In this document: positions 43,444 to 51,843 of the stretch, one piece after another | Layout of the letters: each line of letters begins with the position of its first letter | Numbering within the stretch: the first letter of the stretch is position 1 | NCBI GenBank assembly: GCA_028864905.1 | Contig: JAGWLP010000002.1 | Coordinates: 1 to 53,573 of the forward strand | Source: Gammaproteobacteria bacterium | GTDB taxonomy: Bacteria > Pseudomonadota > Gammaproteobacteria > Natronospirales > REEB76 | DNA: 53,573 nucleotides | Direction: 5' to 3' | Made by a program: the position numbers and the translations under genes | Notes under the pieces: generated by a model | Database searches by the model: none | What the model was told of the DNA's origin: nothing | What the model saw: the letters and a program-made list of their open reading frames with translations, nothing else

Positions 43444-44086
43444 CCCGATCCTCGGAAATCTCGATCAAGCCCTCGTCATTGAGCGCGCGCAGGATACGCG
43501 ACAGAGTTTCCGGCGTCACCGCCACGTGTGCGGCAATCAGCATCTTGCGCGCCGGCAGGGTCACGCTGACCCGGCCGTGCTCGCCGCGCGGTACCAGGCC
43601 CAACAGGTAATGCACCACGCGGTAGCGGCTGTTTTCCAGCGTCAGCGCCTCGATCTCGTCCCAGTGCGCCTGGATGCGCTGAGTCATCTGCGCCATCACC
43701 GCCCGGCAGGTGGCAAACGACTCCTGCAAGATGTCGAGGAAAGCGCCGCATTCAAAGGCCACGAGTTCGCCGGCTTCGACCCCGGCGCCGTGCACCGGGT
43801 AGCGCGGCGTGTCCATGAACATCACGCTCTCGGCGAAAGTCTGCGGCGGGCGGATGAAGCGCATGATTTTTTCATGACCGTCCGGTGACAGCCGGTAAAG
43901 CTTGACGCTGCCCTGGCGCAGCAGAAAGAAGCTCGCCGCCTCGTCGCCATGGCTGAACAGGTGCTCGCCGGCAGAGAACGGGCGCAGCGAGGCGTGGGTG
44001 AACACGCGCATGCGCTGCGCGTCGCTCAGGGCCGAGAACAGGTAATGGTGGCGCAATTCGCGCGCCAATGTGCCGTCGGGTTCCAT
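43400..44086 (-). CDS. Crp/Fnr-family regulator, Dnr/NnrR type (no N-terminal Cys cluster)
   Basis: The internal ATG at 44084-44086 gives MEPDGTLARELRHHYLFSAL (228 aa). It has a cNMP-like beta-roll and a C-terminal HTH with VTPETLSRILRAL (the E--SR motif of TTGAT-recognising members). The FNR Cys ligands are absent. Confidence 0.85.
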   Translation of the reverse strand: MEPDGTLARELRHHYLFSALSDAQRMRVFTHASLRPFSAGEHLFSHGDEAASFFLLRQGSVKLYRLSPDGHEKIMRFIRPPQTFAESVMFMDTPRYPVHGAGVEAGELVAFECGAFLDILQESFATCRAVMAQMTQRIQAHWDEIEALTLENSRYRVVHYLLGLVPRGEHGRVSVTLPARKMLIAAHVAVTPETLSRILRALNDEGLIEISEDRVTILDTEALRRHVH

Positions 44087-44125
44087 GTATTTCCCGCAGT
44101 AACTTCGAGAGGTGCCACGGCACGC

Positions 44126-44139
44126 TTGATTTGCATCAA
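44126..44139. promoter_or_regulatory. FNR/Dnr-type box, perfect (TTGAT-ttgc-ATCAA)
   Basis: It sits in the divergent spacer between the regulator (ATG 44086) and fdxA (ATG 44208). A CATTAT -10-like hexamer at 44165-44170 lies on the fdxA side. Confidence 0.7.
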
Positions 44140-44207
44140 GGCGCGCGCTCGCCGCCCGGCGCAGCATTATCCGCGCTCCGCTGGAAACTGGGCAAGGAGG
44201 CATGCCC

Positions 44208-44531
44208 ATGACGCATGTAGTGACCGAACAGTGCATCAAGTGCAAGTACACCGATTGCGTGGAAGTCTGCCCGGTGGACTGTTTCCATGCTGGCCCCAAC
44301 ATGCTGGTGATTGATCCGGAAGAGTGTATTGACTGCACGCTGTGCGTGGCGGAATGCCCAGTGGAGGCAATCTTCGCGGACAGTGACGTACCCAACGGCC
44401 AGGAGCATTTCCTGGCGCTCAATGCCGAATTGTCGCCGCAGTGGCCGGTGCTGGACCACAAAATTTCCGCGCCGTCCGACGCCAGGCAGTGGGACGGCGT
44501 GCCGAACAAGCTTCCATTGCTTACGCGCTGA
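44208..44531 (+). CDS. fdxA: 7Fe ferredoxin (3Fe-4S + 4Fe-4S), FdxA type
   Basis: [51 protein letters not shown]. The ATG at 44208 lies 7 nt after AAGGAGG. Confidence 0.9.
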   Translation: MTHVVTEQCIKCKYTDCVEVCPVDCFHAGPNMLVIDPEECIDCTLCVAECPVEAIFADSDVPNGQEHFLALNAELSPQWPVLDHKISAPSDARQWDGVPNKLPLLTR

Positions 44532-44546
44532 GAGCAAGATAACGCC

Positions 44547-44825
44547 ATGGCGGCGCTGCAAATCCCCAATGCACAAAAGGTTTACCACGTGACCTGGAAG
44601 GACCTGCCATTGTCCTGTCCGACGCGGGCCATGAGCCTGTGGAATTCGCATCAGCGGGTATATCTGGACATTCAGGAAGACGGCGCGGCGCAATGTCCCT
44701 ACTGTGGTGCCATGTATATCCTCGAGGAGCAGGCTGAGCCGAACGAAGAACTTGCACAGCCGAATATCGAGATTGAAGGACTGCATCACCAGGCTCGTGA
44801 ACATACGCGTCGACATGCGAAATGA
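44547..44825 (+). CDS. zinc-finger (zf-CHCC-like) small protein
   Basis: LSCP...H...CPYCG arrangement in a 92 aa product, 15 nt downstream of fdxA. Confidence 0.55.
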   Translation: MAALQIPNAQKVYHVTWKDLPLSCPTRAMSLWNSHQRVYLDIQEDGAAQCPYCGAMYILEEQAEPNEELAQPNIEIEGLHHQAREHTRRHAK

Positions 44826-44996
44826 GCCAGTGGCATTCGACCGACGTATGATTCAATCTTGCTTCGGCTGCCGCCCGGATGCCGCTGACGCCGTCATGTC
44901 GATTCGAGTCTAGTCAACATGCGCATGGAACCTCATGTACGCAGTTTGCAGTTTGCGACAATCATCCCGTAAAACCTTGAACAATCGGAGCTTGTC

Positions 44997-45440
44997 ATGA
45001 ACATGAAAGTTGCATTGGGCTTATTGGTTGCCGTATCCCTGATCGCGGTCAACGCCTATGCCAAGGACTATACGGTGAAGGAATTGAACAGTGGCGCGGG
45101 CGGCAGCTTCGTTTTCGAACCGGACTTCTTGCACATTCAGCCGGGAGATTCCGTGCACTTCGTGGCCACCGATGCCGGTCACGACAGCCAGTCGTACCTG
45201 GTGCCCGAAGGCGCGGCGGGCTGGAAGAGCGAGATCAGCAAGGACGTTACCGTGAAGTTTACCCATCAAGGCGTGTACCTTTACGAGTGCAACCCGCACC
45301 ACTTGTTTGGCATGCTGGGAGTGATCGAGGTAGGCAAGGCGATCAACAAAGAGGAAGCCAAGAAGGCCGCCGAGGCCATGGAGGCACAGCAATTGATGAA
45401 CAAGGGTCGGCTCGAGAAGCTGATGAAAGACGTGAGATAA
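44997..45440 (+). CDS. pseudoazurin (type 1 blue copper protein)
   Basis: Signal peptide present. The Cu ligands follow the pseudoazurin pattern: His (TDAGHD) and C-x2-H-x4-M (YECNPHHLFGM). It also has the characteristic C-terminal helical extension. Confidence 0.85.
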   Translation: MNMKVALGLLVAVSLIAVNAYAKDYTVKELNSGAGGSFVFEPDFLHIQPGDSVHFVATDAGHDSQSYLVPEGAAGWKSEISKDVTVKFTHQGVYLYECNPHHLFGMLGVIEVGKAINKEEAKKAAEAMEAQQLMNKGRLEKLMKDVR

Positions 45441-45475
45441 ATTCGAGCATCCAACGGCAGACCAGGGGAGCTGAC

Positions 45476-46885
45476 ATGCAAGCAATGGTCACGTCTTCGT
45501 CGTCGGGGCTGACGGCGGCGGATGAAGGGGCGCTGCGTACAGTTTTCAACGTGTACACGCTGTGCGCGGCGCTGTGGCTGGTGTTTGCCACCTTCATCGG
45601 TATCGTGCTGGCGTTCAAGTTCGTGTATCCGGAGTTCTGGGCGCACGCGGGCTGGCTTACATTCGGGCGGCTGCGGCCGATCCATACCAACGATACCTTT
45701 TATGCCTGGGCGAGCATCGGGCTCGTGGGCCTGGCCTATTACATTGCGGCGCGCAGCTCGCGGGCGCGCCTGTACAGCGCCAAGCTCGCCTGGGTGGGGC
45801 TCGCGCTTTTCAACATTGCCGCCATTGCCGGCACCGTGACGCTGGATCTCGGCATCAACGACGGCACACTCGAATACCGCGAGTGGGTCTGGCCGATCCG
45901 CCTGGTGTTTCTGGCGGCGCTGGTGGTGACCGCGTGGAATCTCATCGCGACGGTGGCACACCGCAATACCAAGGACATCTATCTTTCCAATTGGTACACC
46001 ATCGGCGGGGTGCTGTGGACCTGCATCATTGCCATCGTGGCCATCATTCCCTGGTACCAGTACGGCCTCGGCCAAGTGGCGGTCTCGGGCTTTTTCATGC
46101 ACAACGCCGTCGGCCTGTGGTTCACGCCCATGGCACTCGGCATTCTGTATTACGCCATTCCCAAGCTCTTCAGCCGGCCGATTTACTCCTATGCGCTCGG
46201 TGTGTTCGCGTTCTGGACCAACCTGATTTTCTATCCGATCATTGGCTCGCACCATTTCCTGTTCAGTCCCTTGCCGTGGTGGCTGCAGACCATCGCCATC
46301 GTGTTTTCGGTGGCGATGCTGGTGCCGGTGTGGGCGGGCAGCGCGAATTACCTGCTCACCATGCGCGGGCGTCCGCAGCGCCTGTACCGCTCACCAGCGA
46401 TGTTCGTGCTCGTGGGCGTGCTCGGCTATCTCATCGGCTCGAGTCAGGGCACGGCCGAGGCCTTCCGCTCGCTGCAGGAAGTCTGGCATCTCACCAACTT
46501 CACGGTCGGTCATTCACACCTCACCATGTACGGATTCATCACCTTCGTCATCTGGGGCGGGGTGTACGGGCTCCTGCCGCGCATCACCGGCAAGCAGGCC
46601 AACAATCTGCTCATGGGCATCCATTTCTGGTGGGCCACGATTGGCATGATCATTTATGTGCTGGCGCTCTCGATCGGCGGCACCATTCAGGGACTCGATT
46701 GGATACACGGCCTGCCGTTCATTGATTCGGTGGTAAACATGGCGCCGTACTGGCTGTGGCGCGCCATCGGCGGCGGCATGATGTTCCTCAGCCATCTGCT
46801 GTTCCTGTGGAACGTCTGGTTCATGACTTATGGGCGGAAGCAACCCAAGGCCTTGGCGGTGACGGCAACGGAGGCCGCGGCATGA
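45476..46885 (+). CDS. ccoN: cbb3-type (C-family) heme-copper oxidase subunit I, CcoN-like
   Basis: ATG at 45476 after GGGGAG. Motifs are FFMHNAVGLWFTP, FYPIIGSHHF (HH CuB ligands with Tyr six residues upstream) and TVGHSHLTMYGF. Confidence 0.85.
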   Translation: MQAMVTSSSSGLTAADEGALRTVFNVYTLCAALWLVFATFIGIVLAFKFVYPEFWAHAGWLTFGRLRPIHTNDTFYAWASIGLVGLAYYIAARSSRARLYSAKLAWVGLALFNIAAIAGTVTLDLGINDGTLEYREWVWPIRLVFLAALVVTAWNLIATVAHRNTKDIYLSNWYTIGGVLWTCIIAIVAIIPWYQYGLGQVAVSGFFMHNAVGLWFTPMALGILYYAIPKLFSRPIYSYALGVFAFWTNLIFYPIIGSHHFLFSPLPWWLQTIAIVFSVAMLVPVWAGSANYLLTMRGRPQRLYRSPAMFVLVGVLGYLIGSSQGTAEAFRSLQEVWHLTNFTVGHSHLTMYGFITFVIWGGVYGLLPRITGKQANNLLMGIHFWWATIGMIIYVLALSIGGTIQGLDWIHGLPFIDSVVNMAPYWLWRAIGGGMMFLSHLLFLWNVWFMTYGRKQPKALAVTATEAAA

Positions 46886-47859
46886 AGGCGCTCATCCTGA
46901 TCGCCGGCGGCTCGACGCTGGTGTACGCGATACTCGCGGTACTGATGGGCGTGCTGCCGGGCATCGAGTTGTCGAAGACTCCGCCTGGCCCGGGCGTGGA
47001 ATCCCTGACCCCGCTCGCAGCCAAAGGCCGCGCTGTGTATGTCGCCAACGGATGCAGCTATTGTCACACCCAGCAGGTGCGGCCGCTGCCGGAGGATCGC
47101 GTGTTCGGCCGGCCGACCGCAGCCGGCGACCTGGTTTACCAGACGCCGGAACTCCTCGGTTCGGAACGCAATGGCCCGGATCTTTCGAATATCGGCAATC
47201 GCCAGCCGAGCAAAGTCTGGCAATACATGCATCTGTACGATCCGCGCTCGGTGCAGCCGCTGTCCATCATGCCGGACTTCAGTTTTCTGTTTCGCGTGGT
47301 GGCTGAGGCGCCGCCGGGCGTTACACCGGTGGCGCTGCCGCCCGCCTACGCGCCGAAGCACGGCGTGGTGATTCCGACACAGAAAGCGGTAGCGCTGGTG
47401 GCCTACCTCCTGTCACTCAAGCAGCCGCCGATTCCCGGTTATGTACCACCGGCTGTGCCGATGCCCAGTGCCGTGCCTTCCACACCCGCCGCGGGCGGTG
47501 CGCCGGCAGCCGCGCCGGCGTTTGATGCAACCGAGGGCGCGCAACTTTTCTCACAAAACTGCGCGGTCTGCCATCAGGCGAACGGCGAGGGCATCACGGG
47601 TGCATTTCCGCCGCTCAAGGGCAACGCCGCAGTGCTGAACGACGACCCCACACAGCAGCTCCACGTGATACTCGAAGGCCTTTCGAATACCAACGTCGGT
47701 GGTACCGTCTATCCGGGTGCCATGCCGCCGTTCAAGACGGTGCTGAGTGACAGCCAGATCGCCAATATCGTTGATCACGAGCGCACCTCCTGGGGCAATA
47801 ATGCGAAGCTGGTGACGCCGGCCGAGGTCGCGACGGAACGCGCAAAGTTGAAGCACTAG
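46882..47859 (+). CDS. ccoO: CcoO-like monoheme subunit fused to a C-terminal monoheme cytochrome c domain
   Basis: The ATG overlaps the ccoN stop (ATGA). It has an N-terminal TM, then GRAVYVANGCSYCHTQQVRP and ERNGPDLSNIGNR...W...HLYDPRSV (CcoO signature). A Pro/Ala-rich linker leads to a second heme site, CAVCH. Confidence 0.8.
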   Translation: MKALILIAGGSTLVYAILAVLMGVLPGIELSKTPPGPGVESLTPLAAKGRAVYVANGCSYCHTQQVRPLPEDRVFGRPTAAGDLVYQTPELLGSERNGPDLSNIGNRQPSKVWQYMHLYDPRSVQPLSIMPDFSFLFRVVAEAPPGVTPVALPPAYAPKHGVVIPTQKAVALVAYLLSLKQPPIPGYVPPAVPMPSAVPSTPAAGGAPAAAPAFDATEGAQLFSQNCAVCHQANGEGITGAFPPLKGNAAVLNDDPTQQLHVILEGLSNTNVGGTVYPGAMPPFKTVLSDSQIANIVDHERTSWGNNAKLVTPAEVATERAKLKH

Positions 47860-47869
47860 GAGCCTGCGC

Positions 47870-48034
47870 ATGGAACATCATCTGATGGGACCGCTGATCG
47901 GCAATATAATCATTCTGGCGGGGGGAGGGTTGATCACCCTGGGTTGTTACGTGTACGCCATCTGGCTCCTGATCCATCCGGGCGAGCATGACCAGCATCA
48001 CCCCAAATACGGAGTGCTCGACGATGACCGCTGA
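47870..48034 (+). CDS. 54-aa single-TM protein (CcoQ-like position), not in ORF track
   Basis: My own translation: MEHHLMGPLIGNIIILAGGGLITLGCYVYAIWLLIHPGEHDQHHPKYGVLDDDR. GGAG lies 8 nt upstream and the gene follows the ccoO-like gene immediately. Confidence 0.4.
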   Translation: MEHHLMGPLIGNIIILAGGGLITLGCYVYAIWLLIHPGEHDQHHPKYGVLDDDR

Positions 48035-48515
48035 ACCGTTAAACGAACGCCGGCGCGCGCAGGTCCAGATTTACGTGGACGACAATCCGGTGCCGATCGC
48101 CGAGCAGCCGTTGCCGACACGTGTACGGCTCAACACCTACACGCTGGTGGACGGCAATCATCGCATCACGGTCCGGGCTACCGATGTCACCGGCAAGGTT
48201 TCGGTCCGCGAGATTCCGTTCAAGGTGGACAACGGTCCGGGACTCGCGGTGACCGGGCTGGCACCGAACAGCATCCGGCACGGCATCATCGAACTCGGTG
48301 TGAATGCCTTCAGCGCCGACGAGCCCTTCGAGCCGGAACGCGCCGAGACCCATTCCTCCATACCGGTGTGGGTGTGGGTAATGCTGCTCATCATCGTGGG
48401 CTGGGCCGGGTGGTACGGTCAGCTCATGTGGCACCCGCCGGCGCAATTTGCCCAAAGCCCCACTTACCACGTATATACGGTATCGCCAAACGCCAGCAGC
48501 CCAACCGGCGGTTAA
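48024..48515 (+). CDS. Ig-like domain protein with C-terminal TM anchor, uncharacterised
   Basis: ATG at 48024 (or 47988). A beta-rich N-terminal part (HRITVRATDVTGKVSVREIPFKVDNGPGLAV) is followed by the TM IPVWVWVMLLIIVGWAGWYG. It is the last gene of the oxidase operon. Confidence 0.5.
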   Translation: MTAEPLNERRRAQVQIYVDDNPVPIAEQPLPTRVRLNTYTLVDGNHRITVRATDVTGKVSVREIPFKVDNGPGLAVTGLAPNSIRHGIIELGVNAFSADEPFEPERAETHSSIPVWVWVMLLIIVGWAGWYGQLMWHPPAQFAQSPTYHVYTVSPNASSPTGG

Positions 48516-48588
48516 GCCGGACCTGCTACCCGCGTTTTCTCGGGTGGCCGGATGTGAATCGAGTGGCGGACTGTTGACCGCCGCGCGT

Positions 48589-49749
48589 CTATCCTAGGCG
48601 CGGCGCGAACATCAGCGGCAGAAAGCGCAGGAAATAAATCGCGAAGGCCAGTGCCCAGAGCACGCTGGCGACCGGCAGCAGCCCGGGAGTGTTGATCAGG
48701 CGCAGTACCGCCGCCACGCTCACCAGCACGAAGGCCGCGGCCATGAACGGGCCGGCGGCCATCGCCCGTCCGGTGTGACCGAGCGCTATGCGCGTCATCA
48801 TGCCGATGGAGAGCGAGCCGAGCGCGCCTACGGTGATCGCGTGCAACGCGGTGATTTCGGGAAGTGCGGAGGAGAGCAGTGCGGCGCCGCGCAGCGCCAG
48901 TCCCGCCGCCAGCCACAGATAACCCAAGTGCAGTACCCACAGCATCGGCTCGCGCCAGGCTTTCCATGGCTGCCATAACCACCAGCGCAGCAGCACCAGC
49001 AGCGCGACCGCGAGCGACACCGTGGCGAGCAGCGCGGATTCCGGCCACACGATGTCGAGCAGTACCAGCAGCGCCGCGCCGCCGTTCACGCTCCAGTCGA
49101 GCCAGCGGTAACGCTGGACGGTCGCGTGGCTCAGGCGCCGCGCGGTGAAAAACGGAATCACGCGCCCGCCGATACTGAGCATCAGCACCGTGAACAGGTC
49201 GATGACCCAGTACAGTACGCTGCGTTCCGCTACGTGGATGACGCCAGTGACGCTCAGATGAAACGCCACGTCCGCAAGCGTGAATGCCGACAGCAGCCCG
49301 ATCACGAAATAATTGCGGCGGTTGCGGCTTTTGATGATCGGCCGCGCCACCATGAGCAGCAGCAGGCCAAAGTAGCCGCAGTCCAGGAACGCCGTAAGCG
49401 CATAGGGTACACGTGCCGGCAGCAGGAACAGCACGCGCGCGGCCAGCCACACCGCCAGCAGCAGCACGAGTGAGGCCGGCGTGAAAGTGGCAAGCTTGGT
49501 CCATTCGGCCACGGCCGTGAGCAGGAATCCCGCCACCAGCGCACCCGCAAAACCGAACAGCATTTCGTGGCCATGCCACGCGAGCGGCGGCAGGGAACTG
49601 GCGGGCAGCAGGCCCAAGTGCAGGAACAGCGCCCAGGTAAAAATGCCGAGTGAAGCCGCGAGCGCCGCACACAGGAACAGCGGCCGGAACGGTTGCTGCA
49701 AGATGGGCGGCGCGTTCACGCTGCGTGCGGCGGGGGCGGGGATACTCAT
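48589..49749 (-). CDS. nnrS: NnrS-family heme/copper membrane protein
   Basis: About 12 TM segments. Motifs PFRPLFL, WHGHEMLFGF, GGRVIPFF and HAITVGALGSL are typical of NnrS. The start overlaps the pncB stop (ATGA). Confidence 0.85.
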   Translation of the reverse strand: MSIPAPAARSVNAPPILQQPFRPLFLCAALAASLGIFTWALFLHLGLLPASSLPPLAWHGHEMLFGFAGALVAGFLLTAVAEWTKLATFTPASLVLLLAVWLAARVLFLLPARVPYALTAFLDCGYFGLLLLMVARPIIKSRNRRNYFVIGLLSAFTLADVAFHLSVTGVIHVAERSVLYWVIDLFTVLMLSIGGRVIPFFTARRLSHATVQRYRWLDWSVNGGAALLVLLDIVWPESALLATVSLAVALLVLLRWWLWQPWKAWREPMLWVLHLGYLWLAAGLALRGAALLSSALPEITALHAITVGALGSLSIGMMTRIALGHTGRAMAAGPFMAAAFVLVSVAAVLRLINTPGLLPVASVLWALAFAIYFLRFLPLMFAPRLG

Positions 49750-50906
49750 ACGGCGAAAACCTTCCTGAGATAGGCGAGATAACCCGGGTCAGTGCACAGG
49801 GTCTTGGCGGGATCGTCGCTGATCTTGGCCACGGCCTGGCCGTTGCAGCGCGTCATCTTGATGATCATGTCGGGCGGGGCGAATCCCATATCGTTGCTGA
49901 GGTGCGTGCCGATCCCGAAGCCCAGGCGCACGCGGCCGTGAAAGTGTTCGAAGATGCGCAGCGCCTTGGGGAAGTCCAGTGCGTCGGTGAACACCAGCGT
50001 CTTCGTGAGTGGGTCAACGCGCAGCGTGTGGTAATGCTCCACCAAGCTCTCGCCCCACGTAATGGGATCGCCGGAGTCCTGGCGCACGCCGTCGAACAGC
50101 TTGCAGAAGTACAGGTCGAAATCCCGCAGGAAAGCCGCCAGTCCGATCACGTCGCTGAGCGCGATGCCGAGATCCCCGCGGTACTCCTGTTCCCAGCTTT
50201 CGAGTGCGAAGCGTTGACTGTCAACGAGCCGCGGTCCCAGAGCCTGGCAGGCCTGCAGGAACTCGTGACCCATGGTGCCAATGGGAGTCAGACCCAGCTC
50301 TTTGGCCAGCAGCACGTTGCTGGTACCGGCGAGATTCCCGGGCAGCGCTGCGGCCAAGCGCTGCACCACGCTGCGCTGCCAGTCGCGCGCATAGCGCCGA
50401 CGGGTGCCGAACTCGCTGAAGCGGAATGCCGCATGCCCGGGATGCGCGCGCAGCAGCGCGATTTTTGCCTCCAGGCGTGCCCGGCCTTCCTGCAGGGTAT
50501 CGGCATTGCGCCGGGATTCGGCGTACACCTCGCTCAGGATCGCGAGCACCGGCACCTCGAACAGGATAGTGTGCAGCCAGGGGCCGCGGATCACGATTTC
50601 CAGGGCACCGTTCTCGACGCTTACGCTGACGTGGTCCGGCTGCAACTGGAAGATGCGCAGGATGTCCACGAAGTCCTTTTTCATGTAGCGCAGGTTGCGC
50701 AGGTAGGCGAGCTCCTGCGGCGTGAACCGCAGGCGGCAGAGCGCGGCGATTTCGTCACGGATGCGTTCAACGTGTGCGGCCAGCGTGTCGGGCTCATTGC
50801 GGCAGCGGAAGCGGTATTCGACTTCGGCGGCCGGGAAGCGGTGCAGCACCGCCTGCATCATGGTGAGCTTGTAGAGATCGGTGTCGAGCAGCGATTCGAT
50901 GATCAT
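49746..50906 (-). CDS. pncB: nicotinate phosphoribosyltransferase
   Basis: MIIESLLDTDLYKLTMMQAVLH N-terminus with EFGTRRR and GTSNVLLA motifs. Confidence 0.9.
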   Translation of the reverse strand: MIIESLLDTDLYKLTMMQAVLHRFPAAEVEYRFRCRNEPDTLAAHVERIRDEIAALCRLRFTPQELAYLRNLRYMKKDFVDILRIFQLQPDHVSVSVENGALEIVIRGPWLHTILFEVPVLAILSEVYAESRRNADTLQEGRARLEAKIALLRAHPGHAAFRFSEFGTRRRYARDWQRSVVQRLAAALPGNLAGTSNVLLAKELGLTPIGTMGHEFLQACQALGPRLVDSQRFALESWEQEYRGDLGIALSDVIGLAAFLRDFDLYFCKLFDGVRQDSGDPITWGESLVEHYHTLRVDPLTKTLVFTDALDFPKALRIFEHFHGRVRLGFGIGTHLSNDMGFAPPDMIIKMTRCNGQAVAKISDDPAKTLCTDPGYLAYLRKVFAV

Positions 50907-50932
50907 GTGTGCATCGTGCCGGGGAGAGCAGC

Positions 50933-50946
50933 TTGATGCAAATCAA
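50933..50946. promoter_or_regulatory. FNR/Dnr-type box, perfect (TTGAT-gcaa-ATCAA)
   Basis: It sits in the divergent spacer between pncB (ATG 50906) and the FmdE-like gene (ATG 51023). The spacing fits a -41.5 site for the plus-strand gene better than for pncB. Confidence 0.65.
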
Positions 50947-51022
50947 TGCGCACGGCGCTGCCGTGGCCTACAAGGAGCTTCCCACAGGTTGATGTGCCCC
51001 GGTGCGGGCAGGAGTCGGGCCG

Positions 51023-51634
51023 ATGATGCGTTATCCCGAATTTTTCGACGCCGCGCCGGTGATCACGATGCGCGATCCGCTCGCCGAGTTTCTCGGCGCC
51101 ATGCAGGACGGCCTCATGGAATATCGTTACGCCAACGTGGTCGCGCTGGCCGGACATTCCTGCCCCACGGTCGCGGCGGCGTTCCTCATGACGCGTGCCG
51201 CGCTCAACGCGCTCTATCCGGACGAGGTGCCGCTGCGCGGTGACATCCGGGTTGCGGTCAGCGGCGCGCAATACCAGGGCACGGTCGGCGTCACGGCCAA
51301 CGTGGCCAGCCTGATTACCGGCGCGGCCGGAGACGGAGGATTCAAGGGCATCGGCGGCCGTTTCAAACGCTGCGAGCTGCTGGCCTTCGATGCGGAGCTG
51401 AACGCGGAAATGAGTTTCACGCGTGCCGACGGCGGCGCGTGCGTGGAGGTGTCCGCCGACTTGTCGCCGGTGCCCATGGATGCGCGCGTGCGGGAATTGC
51501 TGCCGCTGTGTCTGGGTGGAAGCGCCGATCCATCGGAGATCGGCGAATTCCGCCGCCTGTGGCAGGAGCGCGTGCGCCGTCTGCTGCTGGATCATAAGGA
51601 CGATCCGGCGGTGATCCGCGTCCGCATGCATTGA
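51023..51634 (+). CDS. FmdE-like domain protein (tentative)
   Basis: ATG at 51023 or 51026. The motif LAGHSCPTVAAAF resembles the FmdE H-x-C-P motif, and it is followed by a beta-rich region. The assignment is by eye only. Confidence 0.5.
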   Translation: MMRYPEFFDAAPVITMRDPLAEFLGAMQDGLMEYRYANVVALAGHSCPTVAAAFLMTRAALNALYPDEVPLRGDIRVAVSGAQYQGTVGVTANVASLITGAAGDGGFKGIGGRFKRCELLAFDAELNAEMSFTRADGGACVEVSADLSPVPMDARVRELLPLCLGGSADPSEIGEFRRLWQERVRRLLLDHKDDPAVIRVRMH

Positions 51635-51843
51635 GACCGGCGTTGCCGTGCTCCCGCCCGCGCGCAGCGGCGCATGCGCAGGTTTGTCTTGCGGGCCGTG
51701 CCTGAGCCCGGGTGCGCCCTGCGCGGTCACAAACTCCATAGCGCGGCGCGCCAGTACATTCACGCCATCGTCCAGCATGGCGCCGGCCTCCTCGGGCAAA
51801 TGTGCAACGCGCACCAGCCTAGGCGCAGTGCGGGTTGCGGGCC

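Noticed and set aside
44826-44996. A Dnr/FNR box directly upstream of pseudoazurin.
   Set aside because: The best candidates (for example TTGCGacaATCAT) have the wrong spacing or at least 3 mismatches. The operon is more plausibly served by read-through from the box at 44126 or by another promoter.
45476-46885. The idea that the CcoN-like protein is a novel NO reductase lacking the active-site cross-linked tyrosine.
   Set aside because: The HH CuB motif is preceded by Tyr six residues upstream (FYPIIGSHH). This is the helix VII position where C-family oxidases carry the cross-linked Tyr. The sequence therefore gives no positive support for a NOR-type active site. The gene context remains interesting, but the claim is not supported.
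48512-49672. 386-aa minus-strand ORF in an alternative frame over nnrS.
   Set aside because: The frame 48589..49749 carries the NnrS motifs (WHGHEMLFGF, GGRVIPFF). The alternative frame is Arg/Ala-rich noise.
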